A DNA stretch of 64,000 nt from NCBI GenBank assembly GCA_010093745.1, contig MU005965.1:124001-188000 (forward strand), read 5' to 3'. This stretch comes from Piedraia hortae CBS 480.64 (lineage: Eukaryota). The notes under the pieces were generated by a model. That model had not been told where the DNA came from. It did no database searches and was given only the letters and a program-made list of their open reading frames with translations. The position numbers and the translations under genes are program-made. Of this stretch, positions 11,622 through 23,759 are shown in pieces (the first letter of the stretch is position 1; every line of letters begins with the position of its first letter).

Positions 11622-14600
11622 ATGACGACTTTTGCCCCTGGACAGACGGTTGTCCTAAATGATGGACGCGTCGCCGTGGTGCGGTTCTTCGGCCAGACAT
11701 CGTTCCAGACTGGCGAATGGGTTGGCGTCGAGCTCAGCGACGCGACGGGGAAGAACGATGGCTCGGTACAGGGCGTGCGATACTTTGAGTGCACTCCGCT
11801 CCATGGAATGTTCTGTCGACCCGCAGGTATCAAGCAGGTGGTCAGCGGCGGACGGCGTAAGAGTCGCCCGGCCAGCATCCAGGCTTCTTTACGGCCCTCC
11901 GGTCTTCGTTCGCCGACAAAGTCGCCGACAAAGCAGGCCGGAAATGGCTCATCTAGCGACTCCACCTCTCGTACCAGCACGCCAACGCTGCGGCGACCCC
12001 CAGCCCCGTCTCATCGCTCCACCTTGTCCGTTGGCGGCCGTCGACTGCCGCAGACGCCAGCAACGCCGGCCACTCCGGGTAAATCACTGAAGACGCGAGC
12101 TTCAGGTGGCTCTGCTGCAAGCTCCGGACGGCCTTCCACCCAACCCGCCTCCGCCCGGCCGCGTCCATCTGCTGCTGTTCCGGGACGCCAGGGAAGCATA
12201 GCCAGCCATGCCGATAGCGAAGAAGAGCCCGAGAAACCCGTATTTGCTCCTCCTCGGCAGCAACCCAGACGGGGGTCTTCGCCAGCACCTTCCATCTTGT
12301 CAACTCGCACTGTTGGCAACAGACAGGTTGACGAGCTAGAGGCCAAGCTGCGTCTACTAGAAAGGCGGCAGCAGGAAGAACGGGAGCTTCAGAAAAGTCT
12401 GGACCAGGCCGAGCAGGAACGTGACCAGTACAAGACGATAATCGAAAAGCTACAGAACAAGTACCGGCCATTGCAGCAGGAGAATGTCGACCTTAAGAAG
12501 AAACTGCAGGAGGCCGAAGAGCGGAATACTTCGGCTGAAAACTTCCAAGCAGAGCATGAAACAGTCCTTGAACTGGCCACTCTTGACCGCGAAATGGCAG
12601 AGGAAAAGGCTGAAGGGTTACAGGCTGAGCTGGACTCGTTGAGGGCGAGGTTCGAGGAAAATGCGCTGGAATTGGAGATATTGCGCGAGGAAAATGAGGA
12701 ATTCAGCAAAGACATGAGTCCGGAAGAGAGATCTAGTGCTGGTTGGATTCAGATGGAAAAGAGTAATGAAAGGCTGCGGGATGCTCTGATACGTCTGCGG
12801 GATATAAGTCAAGATAAAGAGGCCGAGCTCAAGGAGCAGATTGGAAGCTTAGAGGGGCAAGTTAAGGAATTGGAACCGTTGAAAGCTCGTTATGAGGAAA
12901 CGGTTGAGAAGTTGGCTCAGAGTGAAAACGTTGGCAGCGAGCTGAGACAGCAGTTGGAAGTTGCCCTGGAGTCGGAGGAGATGATTGAGGCTTTGACAGA
13001 ACGAAACGGTCGGCTAGACGCCCAGATTGAGCAGCTCAAGGCTACGATCCAGGAACTTGAAGATTTACGAGAGCTAAACGACGAGCTGCAGGTTAATTAC
13101 ACCGAGCATGAAAAGCAGCTGCAAGAGGAAATCGACTTCAAAGACAGCCTCTTGCAGGACAGGGACCAGACTACAAGGAAGCAGCAAGAGGCGTTGGACG
13201 AGGCAGAATACACGATAACCCGCTACCGTGCTCTTGTAGGCCAGATGCAGAGCGACTTGCAGGACATGCAGGCCAGTAAACAGCTATCAGAAACCGAAGC
13301 CGCTGACCTGCACGACAAGAGTCGAGCCATTCTTGATCTCAATCTGCAGCTGCAATCCAGCGCAGCCAAGACACAAGTCAAGGCAATAGATCTTGAACTC
13401 CGCAAGTTGGAAGCACAGGAAGCATCGGAGCATCTCGATATAGTTCAACTATTCCTACCAGAGGCGTTCAATGCCGGTGAAAGTGTCCTTGCCCTGCTGC
13501 GTTTCAGACGCATCTCCTTCAAGGCAAACCTCATACGTGGCATGCTCAAAGACCGCGCCGTTCCAAACGAGCACGTCTTCTCCGCCTGCGCTGCAACCGA
13601 CAGGTTAACCTACGTCGCCGCCATGGCAGACCGTTTCATTGGGTCTATAAAATCCTGCAGCGTTGACGCCTTTCTCTCCTACCGCGAAGCCTTGTACGAA
13701 CTGGAACCTGTTGAACGGGCTCTGAACAGTCATGTTGATTCTCTCCGCCGAGACGAGCTCAAAGAACGAGCCATGGCAGAGGATCTCCAGCGCTCAATAG
13801 CCGTCATGCGCCATCTTGCCAGTCTACACATTGGAGAAAATATCACTACCTATGCCGACGACTTAATCGCCCGGACACTCTACATCCAATCGCAGCTTGA
13901 ATCGGCAGCTACATCGTTAACCCTCATCAAAGACTTGGTCCAGAAATCACTCCCCGACGGAGCAGACAGTCTCATAACCCAGTACGAATCATCAACCTCC
14001 CAATCGCGAAACGCGAAGGTCTTAGCGGGAAAACTCCATCGCCATCTCATCGACCTAAGACTTCACAACCAGACTCTTGATCAGTCTATCTCTCCGTCCC
14101 TCACTCAAATCGAAGACAGCATATCCCAATCCATGGAGTTAATCACCTCAAACGGCGAAGCGATCCTCTCCCTCCTAACCGACGAACCACAAAGCATTAC
14201 GATCTCAGACCTGCCATCATCTCTGCCCTCGTTCCACGATCCCATCACAATCCTTTCCACCTTAACTCAAGGAGAAATCACCACCCTCCCACCCACCACC
14301 CCACCCTGGGTCCTAATGGCAGAGCATCTCTCCCCAACCATACCCGACTCCGAACCCGAAGACCTCTCAACCCAACTCACCCAAACACGTACCTCCCTTC
14401 GCGAAGCATCCCTTCTCCTCACCTCCAAAGAATCTGAACTGGAAGAATCAGCCGTCAAAATCGAAATGCTCGAAGCGCGACTAAACGCCGCAATACGCAA
14501 AACATCTCGGATCGCGGACCTTGAAAATCAACTCCACGATGCTGCAAAGAAAGAAGCTGAGCTTACGCGAGAAATCGAGAAAGCCAAAGAAAGGGTCATC

Positions 14601-15002
14601 GAGAAAATAGAACAAACCCCCGTGCATCAGACCCAAGTCCATGCGCATGAGCAGTCGGGATTAGTTACCGCCGGTTTAGAGGGGAGGTTGAGGAGGGCAG
14701 AGTGTGCGAGCCGGTTTCTTGCTGCGGAGATGGGCAGGAGGGGGGATACCTCCTGGCTTGGAAATGGAGAGTTGTGTGTCAAGAGTAGGGATGCTTCGCA
14801 AGAGGAGAGGATTAGGAAGTGTAGAAATGTGTTTAGTGGGATGTTGGAGTTGGCGGGTATGGGGAGGGTTGTGGAGCTTACGCCTGCCAGTGCAGGCGCC
14901 TTCGGCGGGTGGAAATCGGTTAAGAAGACGCCAAAGTGGAAAGTTGCGAGGATGAGAGAGGAGTGGGAGAATATTTACGATTTGGGGGCGGTTTTGGTGT
15001 AG
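11622..15002 (+). CDS. NIP100: dynactin subunit 1 (p150Glued)
   Basis: CAP-Gly domain (GEWVGVELSDATGKNDGSVQGVRYFEC), basic linker, long coiled coil (ELATLDREMAEEK, NERLRDALIRLRD, IDLELRKLEAQEA). Confidence 0.96.
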   Translation: MTTFAPGQTVVLNDGRVAVVRFFGQTSFQTGEWVGVELSDATGKNDGSVQGVRYFECTPLHGMFCRPAGIKQVVSGGRRKSRPASIQASLRPSGLRSPTKSPTKQAGNGSSSDSTSRTSTPTLRRPPAPSHRSTLSVGGRRLPQTPATPATPGKSLKTRASGGSAASSGRPSTQPASARPRPSAAVPGRQGSIASHADSEEEPEKPVFAPPRQQPRRGSSPAPSILSTRTVGNRQVDELEAKLRLLERRQQEERELQKSLDQAEQERDQYKTIIEKLQNKYRPLQQENVDLKKKLQEAEERNTSAENFQAEHETVLELATLDREMAEEKAEGLQAELDSLRARFEENALELEILREENEEFSKDMSPEERSSAGWIQMEKSNERLRDALIRLRDISQDKEAELKEQIGSLEGQVKELEPLKARYEETVEKLAQSENVGSELRQQLEVALESEEMIEALTERNGRLDAQIEQLKATIQELEDLRELNDELQVNYTEHEKQLQEEIDFKDSLLQDRDQTTRKQQEALDEAEYTITRYRALVGQMQSDLQDMQASKQLSETEAADLHDKSRAILDLNLQLQSSAAKTQVKAIDLELRKLEAQEASEHLDIVQLFLPEAFNAGESVLALLRFRRISFKANLIRGMLKDRAVPNEHVFSACAATDRLTYVAAMADRFIGSIKSCSVDAFLSYREALYELEPVERALNSHVDSLRRDELKERAMAEDLQRSIAVMRHLASLHIGENITTYADDLIARTLYIQSQLESAATSLTLIKDLVQKSLPDGADSLITQYESSTSQSRNAKVLAGKLHRHLIDLRLHNQTLDQSISPSLTQIEDSISQSMELITSNGEAILSLLTDEPQSITISDLPSSLPSFHDPITILSTLTQGEITTLPPTTPPWVLMAEHLSPTIPDSEPEDLSTQLTQTRTSLREASLLLTSKESELEESAVKIEMLEARLNAAIRKTSRIADLENQLHDAAKKEAELTREIEKAKERVIEKIEQTPVHQTQVHAHEQSGLVTAGLEGRLRRAECASRFLAAEMGRRGDTSWLGNGELCVKSRDASQEERIRKCRNVFSGMLELAGMGRVVELTPASAGAFGGWKSVKKTPKWKVARMREEWENIYDLGAVLV

Positions 15003-15929
15003 GGGGTGTTGGAGAAGGGAGCATGGCTCGTCTGCGGATTGGTGATCATGGCTATGCAGCGACTAGAATGTTGACTCACCGTTGACACGAGTACATGTAC
15101 CACTGGCCTTCACTGCGTTTTCACACCGTCGGTGATGTTTTGTGATATTTCGTGGTCGCGGTCCGGGACGTTCCGCAATGCGGGGACGTCTTGGCACACA
15201 AGTCTTTCCCTCACTTTCTCTTTTGCGCACGCTCATACGCAAATACAGGCTACATGGATAACATGGACATTGGAAACTCGAGCCCAGCATCAATTCTCGA
15301 TGCATAAGCACGCTTCACACGTGGGGAAAAGCCATGGAAGGTCATTTTCGATCCCTTGAGCAAATTTTTAACACGGCAATTTCGCTCACAATAGTCTTTC
15401 CGATGAATTTGGGCTAAGGGACTGTGGATTGTTCTGTTTGCTATTACGAGAGGATTTGCTACGAGGTTAGGGAGGTGTTTGTTACGGTGCTCAGAGGAAA
15501 AGGTTCAATAAGTCCCAACAACGAGGACAGTCCGAACTGCTCTCTAATGGGAAGCTAGGAGACTATAAACCAATCCAGAAGCGCCGTCCATACACGCGTG
15601 GTAGTGAACGTAGCTATGAATAACCAGCAGGGCGCGTCGGTGTATCAAACCCACTGTGCGCTTAGGCGGCGCAGGTCGTCCCGCGCACACACAGCCTCAC
15701 CGTAACAGTGTTTTCACATGGCGTTACGTCGACTTCACGAACTTGACCTCGTCATCCTACCCAAGCGGCCAGTCTGTTCCATCCCGCAAGAAGATGGAAA
15801 TGTCACTTAGTTTCGATTGGCGCTAGAAGTCTGAATGCCAGAAGTGAGGAATACAAGCTCTTTATGCGTGATGCAGAGAACAGTTAGCAACATCTGGTTA
15901 CTAGGTTCCCGCACGATTTTACTGCATCT

Positions 15930-17036
15930 GCGTTAGCCGGATCCACTGGACTCCACTCGACACTTTCCAGCATTCTCTATGTTGTGCAGAGAAAGACAGC
16001 ATCGTCCTCATTCAGATTCAGGAGGCTCGAGCCCCAGCGACATATTTGCGAAGCTATTCAACCCCTGCTTGTAGTACTACCCCAGAGGGGAGAACATACC
16101 CACATCCAGGGGCTGAAGACGGTGGGTTGCGTGGGGAGGATAAAAAGCCACCAGAATCTTGTGGGCGATGCAATACTGGAGAAACTTGAGATTAAGGTGC
16201 GACCCGTGGCTGTCCACGAACAGCAGCAGCCACCTACGCCTGGCTCGGCCACTCGTCGCCTTGTCAAAAATATGAACGAGCCATTGGCAGCCTAGCTCGT
16301 GGTTAGTCCAACCGTTCTTTGTCGCCGCAACGTACGCCGTGTCCTTGGCGGCGTCTACCTCTTTCACTCAACTGTCTTGGACGGTGCCCGTGGCCGAAGC
16401 ATAGATGACAGCTGGCGGCAGCGTGCTGCCGTCTCCGCACATGGTGGCCATGACAGTAACCCATTCGTGGTTACCATCCTGGCCCGCTCCAATCATTTGG
16501 CCTTGCTCGTAATGGTTGCGGTTAAATACCCGCTTTGTCTTCTGGCCCTTGCCAATGAGAAACCCCTTTTCATCCATGTTGTACACATTCTCCGGCTGGA
16601 TTTCTAGGCCCTGAATCTTCTTCTCCAGCACCTCGAAGTAGGCCCGGTAGCTCTCGCGAGAGTCGGCTTTATGACGCAAGAGATCAATACCATTCAGGTA
16701 CCGACAATCAAGGTTCTTCCGGTTTCTTTCCACAAACCGACCGGGCCAGTTCTTTCCAAGATCTTGTTGGCAGATGCTTTGCGCCAGCTTCAGCACGATG
16801 GTTGGCGAGGGAGGCAAGCATCAATCACACATGAAGCTGATGTACTTGATCAGCTCCTCTTGCTCCTGTGACAGGCTCCTGCGCGCCTTCAATGCGGTGT
16901 CTCGATCCACCGTGAGGCCCTGTTACCGTTTGTATAAGATTGTACGATTGACCAGATGCTTTTTGGCGGTATCCGCGAAATTTGGCTTGATGCCATTCTC
17001 GACCAGAGCATACAGTTCGCTGAGGGCAGCGTCCAT
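15930..17036 (-). mobile_element. pogo/Fot1-type (Tc1/mariner) DDE transposase relic
   Basis: HTH N-terminus from ATG 17036, LGKNWPGRF, NVYNMDEKGF, EWVTVMATMCGDG, NGWTNHELG, LLLFVDSHGSH, PPHATHRLQPLDVGMFSPL; several stops and frameshifts; TIRs not identified. Confidence 0.93.
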
Positions 17037-17559
17037 GATGATAAGAGATGGGAAGCGGTATGAAAGAGATACGGAGTGGGAAAAGAAGAACAGACCGTCT
17101 GTACGGAACATGGACCGGCAGGAATGGCTTTATATGAGCATCTACATGCATCTACGCATCCTGGCAATCTTATTCTCTGTTACAGATATAGTTGTTTGTA
17201 TTGCAGATCCGGAATAGGCGATTTGTCCCGTTCCAATGTTATGGTCGCTTTGGACGCGTCTTATGCCAGGGGATCAGGAGTTGCCATTCTACCAATTGCC
17301 TTCTTAAGGACTCTCGAGGCGCAAAAGTAACAGGATTGACGTATTTGAACTGCCTACAGTGTCGGAGAAACGAGAGTCATCCATGTGGCGCACAAGCGGT
17401 TGGACGTGGGGGAGCCGCCCCGCGCTCCCCCGCGAAAGTCGCCGATTTTCGAGCGATGTAGCGCGACATTCGAACGTCTCCAACACTAGCTGATTGATTG
17501 AGGCAGAAGACCATACCTTGAAGATCATACCCCGCCGGTTTTTATATAGATATTCGTAA

Positions 17560-19792
17560 GCTTATGGCTCAATTTTTCGCGAGTTTCGGAGATCATTTCG
17601 CGCATGATCAAACCTCGCAAAATGGCACAATGAAAAACGGATTTAATCTTTGCGATGCATATCATTGGAATCCACGCCTTGCCAGCGTTCATATGCATGT
17701 ACTTATGATTGTTTGCGATGAGCATGCGATCTGTTGTGTCGATTCAAAGTTGTCGTGTCGATATCGTGACGACTTCATCAACTTTGAATCGATGACCCAC
17801 CGCGCTCAGACGTCGCGCGCGCCTTAGCTAAGGTGAACAAAAAAGTCAATATCTTCAAGATTGTAACGATCGGTGCCTCATACGCCTTGGCCCAGAGATG
17901 GTGGCGTACGGTAGTCATGTGTGCGAGTCCGCATTTTGGCATAAATCGCAACATTCCCGCTTCCGATGGAATCTCTAACCGTCAACAAGGGTACCATATG
18001 AAACCTTAGAGCAAGCGCTTTCGAAGAATATAGTACATAGCTATGTCGAGTGGTTGTGTGTGGTGCTATTTGCGTTTGAAGTGGTGATCAAAAGTGTGCA
18101 TGCAGTGGGGATGTGCACGCAGTGGGGAAGACTTCTACATGAGAATTCTCAGCCCGTGGAGATTGTTCAGTGTTTCTATTGCCTTGAAAAGGCCGTCTGG
18201 GTGCTTTATGCTGAAGATGAAGCTCTGTAAGTTGTGTGCCAGATTAGAAATTATTGGCAGACAGGAAATTGCATGGAACAGTTCCAGCTTAGGCAGGACT
18301 GGTTCAGTTGATGTATGTCGAGTGTGTTTGAGCGATCGGTTATGGATAGCACGCTGGCGCAATTTGATCGCTCGTGGCACCTTACGTGTTTCGAGCGTGA
18401 CCAGAGCTTGGGACCAAGACAGTAGCCCACAAGGCAAAGTCAAAGCGGACAAGGCAGAAATCAAACTGCCCTTGACTCCGATGTACGAGGTCCCTGGCTT
18501 TGACACTCACCAGAATTTCTCCTACGAGAATTTACACTACGTTCTCCTCGGGTATGTAGAGCTTCTTTGGAACCAGACTCTCAGGGACTCGACGGTCAAA
18601 CCAGATCGGAAGGAGTTGGCAGTGCAGGCGGTTGCCATCAATCGCGATGGCATTCATAGCATGGTCACCGCTCAGAGGTTCATGGACTGGAACAAATACT
18701 TGCTGGGTGGTGACTTTCGGATGCACATACAGGCTCTCCCGTTGATCCTCGTCTCGTTCTACGCCTCGATTGGCGCCATTCAGAGGTCCGACAACTTCTG
18801 CATCTGTGGTGTACTGCGGCAATGCTAACGAAACTTCTCTGGGCCTCCCACATCGAAAATATCGACTCGTGGTCCATTGCTGTCGAAATGTGCTCTAAGG
18901 ACATGATGAAAATCTGGGCTGAGCTCTGGGGGCTGAGCGAAATTCAGCGAAAGACCAATTGAGTTATGTGGCTCTGTTTGCCAGGAGGTTCAAGCCGCCA
19001 TTGGGTGTCATGGTTGAAACATAGGAAAGTAACAAAGACTGGCGCGAAAATGCTGGTCACACCAATCGTCATGCCCTTTCACTTCAAACCGCGCGAAAGT
19101 ACGCCATCACGGCCGGGCAAGTTCACATTGCTGCCGTAGGTTGGTGGTGTGTTGACAAAACACATATAACCCGGCCTGGAAAACGTGTTGTGGACCTTTT
19201 CAATACGCCTTTGGTCCGCGGGTTCCTAGGTCTTCCGGTCAACGATTACGCCAAACCTTGCTGACTCTGGGGAGACAGCCGAATCAATGTTGTGCTCATG
19301 ATTGATGCACATTGGCACAGTACCTTTCGGAAGCTTTATGGCCTCACTTGGCAGGCTAGGGAATGCAAGGCGTACAACCGACTCAGTGGGTTGTATGGCT
19401 GTCTTTTCGGGTCGTTTGTGCGGTACACTGGTCATGGGGCAGCTGTATTCCGCGTCAAGCACTTTCTCCGGCGGTCCATCGGGGTGGCTTTGCTGGAAGA
19501 ATGGACAGAGTCCTCTTTACAGACCGAAGAGGTATTTTGTGGCTCTGAAGGCTACAAACTTTTGACCTCGGCTGGTCATTACACCCGAAGTCTCATAGAA
19601 GACATCTCGGATGTTTTGAATGTCCAACACTTATGTGGTCATGGTTGCAAAGTGACCTGGAGAACATCGGCACGGGTTGTGGAGGGCGAAACTTCAGAGG
19701 GATCACTCTGGACACATGATGAAGAAGGCTCAATGAAATGGATTTTGAACAGTTATATGTTGAGCACGAGGAATGCGCCGGCTATCCAATAG
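17560..19792 (+). mobile_element. degenerate CACTA/Plavaka-like transposase relic
   Basis: Fragments GFDTHQNFSYENLHYVLLGYVELLW, YLLGGDFRMHIQALP, LLWASHIENID, VET*ESNKDWRENAGHTNRHALSLQTARKYA...HIAAVGWW and LNVQHLC occur in the order I recall for this fungal transposase family. The 5' boundary is uncertain. Confidence 0.6.
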
Positions 19793-20569
19793 TCTTGTCT
19801 TGCGGGCGGGGGGCATTGTGAAAGTTTTTGCGTGAAGCCAATTATACCTTAGTATTGTGAAAGTAATGAAGTTCGTTACATTCACTGACTAGATAGGACG
19901 GGGCGGGTGTGCCTCAGAGAGAATGCGATATCGGGCAGTAGCGCCCAAGTATGGTGGAACCGCATGCAGATTGTGTGCAGGAAATAACTAGTGCACAGTA
20001 GTTCAATATTGTACAGTAGCGTGGGGAATTTGGATGAGGTGTCAATCCGCCTTGTACACTTTCCCCGCAATAGTAACATAGTGGCGCAATATTGTGCGGG
20101 GATGGTTGTGTAAGGCTGAACTTGACAATCTTGGCGACCTGCTCTCATTAGCTTAGCCCCAACTGAAGACGTAAACAGAGTCATGTAACCCAAAATACAG
20201 GTAATGTGAATGGAGAGTACTTATCGATGCGGGGTGTAGGAGGAGGTTTTTTTTTTCGTTTTGTACTTGGCATGTAGGGATCTCTCTAAAGAGCGGGATT
20301 CACTTTGGCATTAAGAACGCCACCCTGCAACTGGGTATCATGGGCTTCCGTTGTCCCTGGGTATGTTGTATGGCTGTGTCGCAAGATTGTTTTATGTTCC
20401 TTCAGCTAACATAGATTTGGGACTCAGTATGGGGTGACCTGACTCCATGGCAGGGTATGTGCACCTCGCTGTAAGATGTGAAACAGTACGGATATTGGTG
20501 AGATGAGCTATATATCCGACTGGTCGTCACCCATGAGGGTTTCCAATTCTTCCATCATTTCATCTGCGT

Positions 20570-21243
20570 CTAAAGCTCCAGTTTTGTCTCCTCCACGCAT
20601 GTAAACATCAAACTCGGTCCTGCCTTGCAGCATCCAGATCTTGAGTCTGACCGAGGTTTACGTAGCAATAGGTCTAGCGTCTCGGCCCCGGTCAAAGAGA
20701 GAACCGTGTTACCGAGATGAGGCAGAAACCGATGCGGACCAGCCAAAGAATTTTCTAGGTCATGATATAACATATTTCGAATTTGGGATACGCGTACACA
20801 TTTCAGGGCCCCAGAAGCGGTTTCATACGCACTAGCGGTATAGAAGCCGATGTAGAAGAATTGAAGAAGGATGGAGTTGGATCGAATCCGGGCCGCAATT
20901 CAAAAGTTAGTGTATCGAGATTTAAGTTGCAGTCGCGGAGAGGAATTTTGTTAAACAGATTGTGGGAATGGTAGTCTTCGATAGTGCTAAAAGTCACCGT
21001 AAGATGGCGCAGAGCCCCGTGAGTCGGTGAGCGCAAGGTCCAGAGGAGTTTTGCCATGTTCCGTGGATAAGTTTGTTGCTGTTTCAATTTGAAGTCGCAA
21101 CAGGAAAAGGCGATAAGGTGTGCCTCATTGTAGATCTGTTGGCATGTTCGGAGGAGGTCAAGGTTTCCGCCGTTGCAGCCTTCTGGAAACGTCAGGTCGT
21201 AGATCTGGTTGCGCATCTTGGGTGGTAAGTCAAGAAATCCCAT
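20570..21243 (-). pseudogene. F-box-like (2EXR/DUF7730-style) protein, copy 1, one -1 frame switch
   Basis: MGFLDLPPKMRNQIYDLTF...LLRTCQQIYNEAHLIAF; homology to copy 2 continues in the -1 frame after about 20900-20840. Confidence 0.7.
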
Positions 21244-22449
21244 TGCTTTTGCCTGGTAGAGATTCATGTTACTAGCGTTTGTACAGATGATTTGAAGACG
21301 TGGAATGGAGAACAGTGTCTGAAGGATGGGCCTCCGAGTGTACTGCACTGCTGGTGACCCACCGACACTAGCTTAGTCAGAGCTGAGACTTCAGAGAGAG
21401 TTTTACACCTCGAAATCACATGGTGTGATAGGAGCACACTAGTCATCGATCCAAAGCAGATTTCTTTCCTGTATGGCGGAACATAACGCACCAAGATATT
21501 GCCACCTATCTCTCCCAATGGTAAACAATGATTGCGGTTTACCTGCGTGTAAAAACAATTGCCCCCTTCCGAGATCGAACCGGGGGCAAATGGGTCAGCA
21601 TTACAGTCTTGCGCTCTTCCAACCAAGCTAAGGAGAAATCTATTAAATGATGTTGGCACGTCAGATAGTGAGTGTTAAAGAGAGCTGAAGGCACCGTGAA
21701 CAAACGCACAGCGAAGAGATTGTCGCAGCTCAAGAGTGCTAGCAGACCATGACAACAGAGAGATGCTAACAGGAGTATCCGAGGATCATAGGGATCCTCA
21801 ATAACTATATGAAGAGCTAAAACAGGGAGGCAGGGACTGGATGACGCAGCCACCACTCCCTGGATGTTGCATCCAAGTTATGTCCTTGTTGGTTGGTATG
21901 ACAGCGCTATAACACCTGCCACTGAGAGTGCATTTGCGACTGACAGGACTTGATGGATTATCTCATCGCCCTGTAGAATGCGGCCACTTCCCGAAGGGTG
22001 CCAGACGTGCTAATTTTGAAAGAGATTCGACCCATCTGGCATTTCACCTTGGGACATAATCAAAAGTGCAAGCGCTACTATCCTCCTCCTGCCATCTGGA
22101 GAGCGACTATAATCTACCGCTGGGGGGAAATGACCCGGTGGACAAGTGTGATTGTACCAATGCGCCTTTTAAAATGACTTAGAAACCAGCACACTGCGAT
22201 TCCTCTCTCCCTGAGGAACGGGTTTTGATTTGGCTCTAAAGAATTCCACTCTACAGTTGAGTAGCACAGATTCCCTTCGTTGAGGCTGCGGTATGCGTCT
22301 GCGTCGCAAGAGTGTTGTCCTTTCTTCTGCTGGACTCGGAACACAGTATGGGATACCAGGCTAATAGCAGGTTTATATTCATTTCAGAGTTTGGAAGGGT
22401 AAAGGTTCGGAAACAGCTGGTGTGGATAAAATTCTTCCGTACGAGAAAA

Positions 22450-22810
22450 CTAGGCAGTGGTGCGGTTCTCCGATTTGGAGGCTATGCAGTTTGTTACATA
22501 GACACCTGTCGGCACACCGCCGTCAGATATTGTGCGAAGGACAGACTGTTGTGATTTATTATCGTTATTATTTCTTTTATACCGAAGGAAACAGAATATA
22601 CCTTCGCCCCCAAGGGCATTCGGTCCATCTAGTAACAATATTCCACCTTGGAGCAAAAATGAAATGTACAAGCTCCATGCTCATAAAGTCCGTAGGCTGC
22701 ATGGTGTTGTACAGCAAAACCCAGAGCCTCCACGGCAAGATAACGCCTCGGTAGCGCACAAGGGGCTCTCGACATTTTGTCTTCCCGCATGGGAACCTGA
22801 ATGGGAAATC
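22450..22810 (-). mobile_element. possible retroelement integrase-core relic
   Basis: Weak motifs CGKTK...GVILP, QPTDFMSMELV, IVTRWTECP and (another frame) RTISDGG resemble the integrase core; highly degraded. Confidence 0.3.
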
Positions 22811-22849
22811 TGTGTCCAAAGTTTCCCTGCATAGCGGCCTAAGATCTTT

Positions 22850-23573
22850 CTCAGGGAAAGTGTAACTCCCACCTTCCCTTAACCGAGCACAACTCTTCGC
22901 ACTCCCAAGTCTTGTTATCAATCCCCCTTCGCCTCTCACCTCCCCTCCACGGATCAACACATCAAACTCAGTCACCGCATTCGGGAGTCGCCGGAGTTTG
23001 AACCTCATACGAGGATATTTGTTGGAACCAAAGCATATCATCCGGGAAATGGAAGAACCGTGGCGCCTTAGTTTAGTCAGTAGCGCAAAGGGCCCGACGA
23101 TGGAATCTGCAAGATCAAATTCTAGCATGGTACTGAATCTGATCACGCGAGCTGACCAGAGGGCTCCGTGGACAAGCTCCCAGGCTATCCTTGCGTAGAA
23201 GACTTGGCTGTGGAATAGCTTGTTGCAGGGGTTTGACAAATTCCGGTTTGTAGTTCGAAAGTCATGTCAAGCTCGAGATAGGGTTCGGAGGGGCCGGGGT
23301 TCTTGTCTATCCCTGTAAGGCTTCGCAGACGGGAAGGACTTAGAGATTTGCGGGTGGAGAGATGCAAAGCGGAGAGGCGTGTGCGGCTGATGCCTGGACA
23401 GGCTTGGGTGGGTTTGAATCTGAAGTCGCATCGTGTGAAGGCGATGAGATGCGCTTCTTTATATATTTTGCGACAGGTCATCAGGAGGGTGAAATCTTTG
23501 GTGCTGCAGCATGGTTGAAAGATTTTGCGGTATATTTGAATGCGTATTTCCCAGGAAGGTTAAGAACATTCAT
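22850..23573 (-). pseudogene. F-box-like protein, copy 2 (paralogue of 20570-21243)
   Basis: MNVLNLP/(1-nt deletion)EIRIQIYRKIF...LLMTCRKIYKEAHLIAFTRCDF aligns with copy 1; a further frame switch lies at about 23260-23190. Confidence 0.7.
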
Positions 23574-23759
23574 CGTTGGAGTGTGGTGGGTTGTATGCCG
23601 CTGGCAGTTCAAGTTCACCATGCGGTAGATAAAATTATGCAGATGTTGACGATGGCTGTAAACTCCGAAAACAGCCACAAGGAACAACGCACTAGTGACG
23701 CATTGTGTGCTGTCCAGTACAATAGTGATAATTAGGTGCGTGGTGATCGGAGCGTACCG

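Noticed and set aside
17408..17431. GC hairpin GGGGGAGC..GCTCCCCC as a Helitron 3' end
   Set aside because: No CTRR terminus at the expected distance and no Rep/helicase relic.
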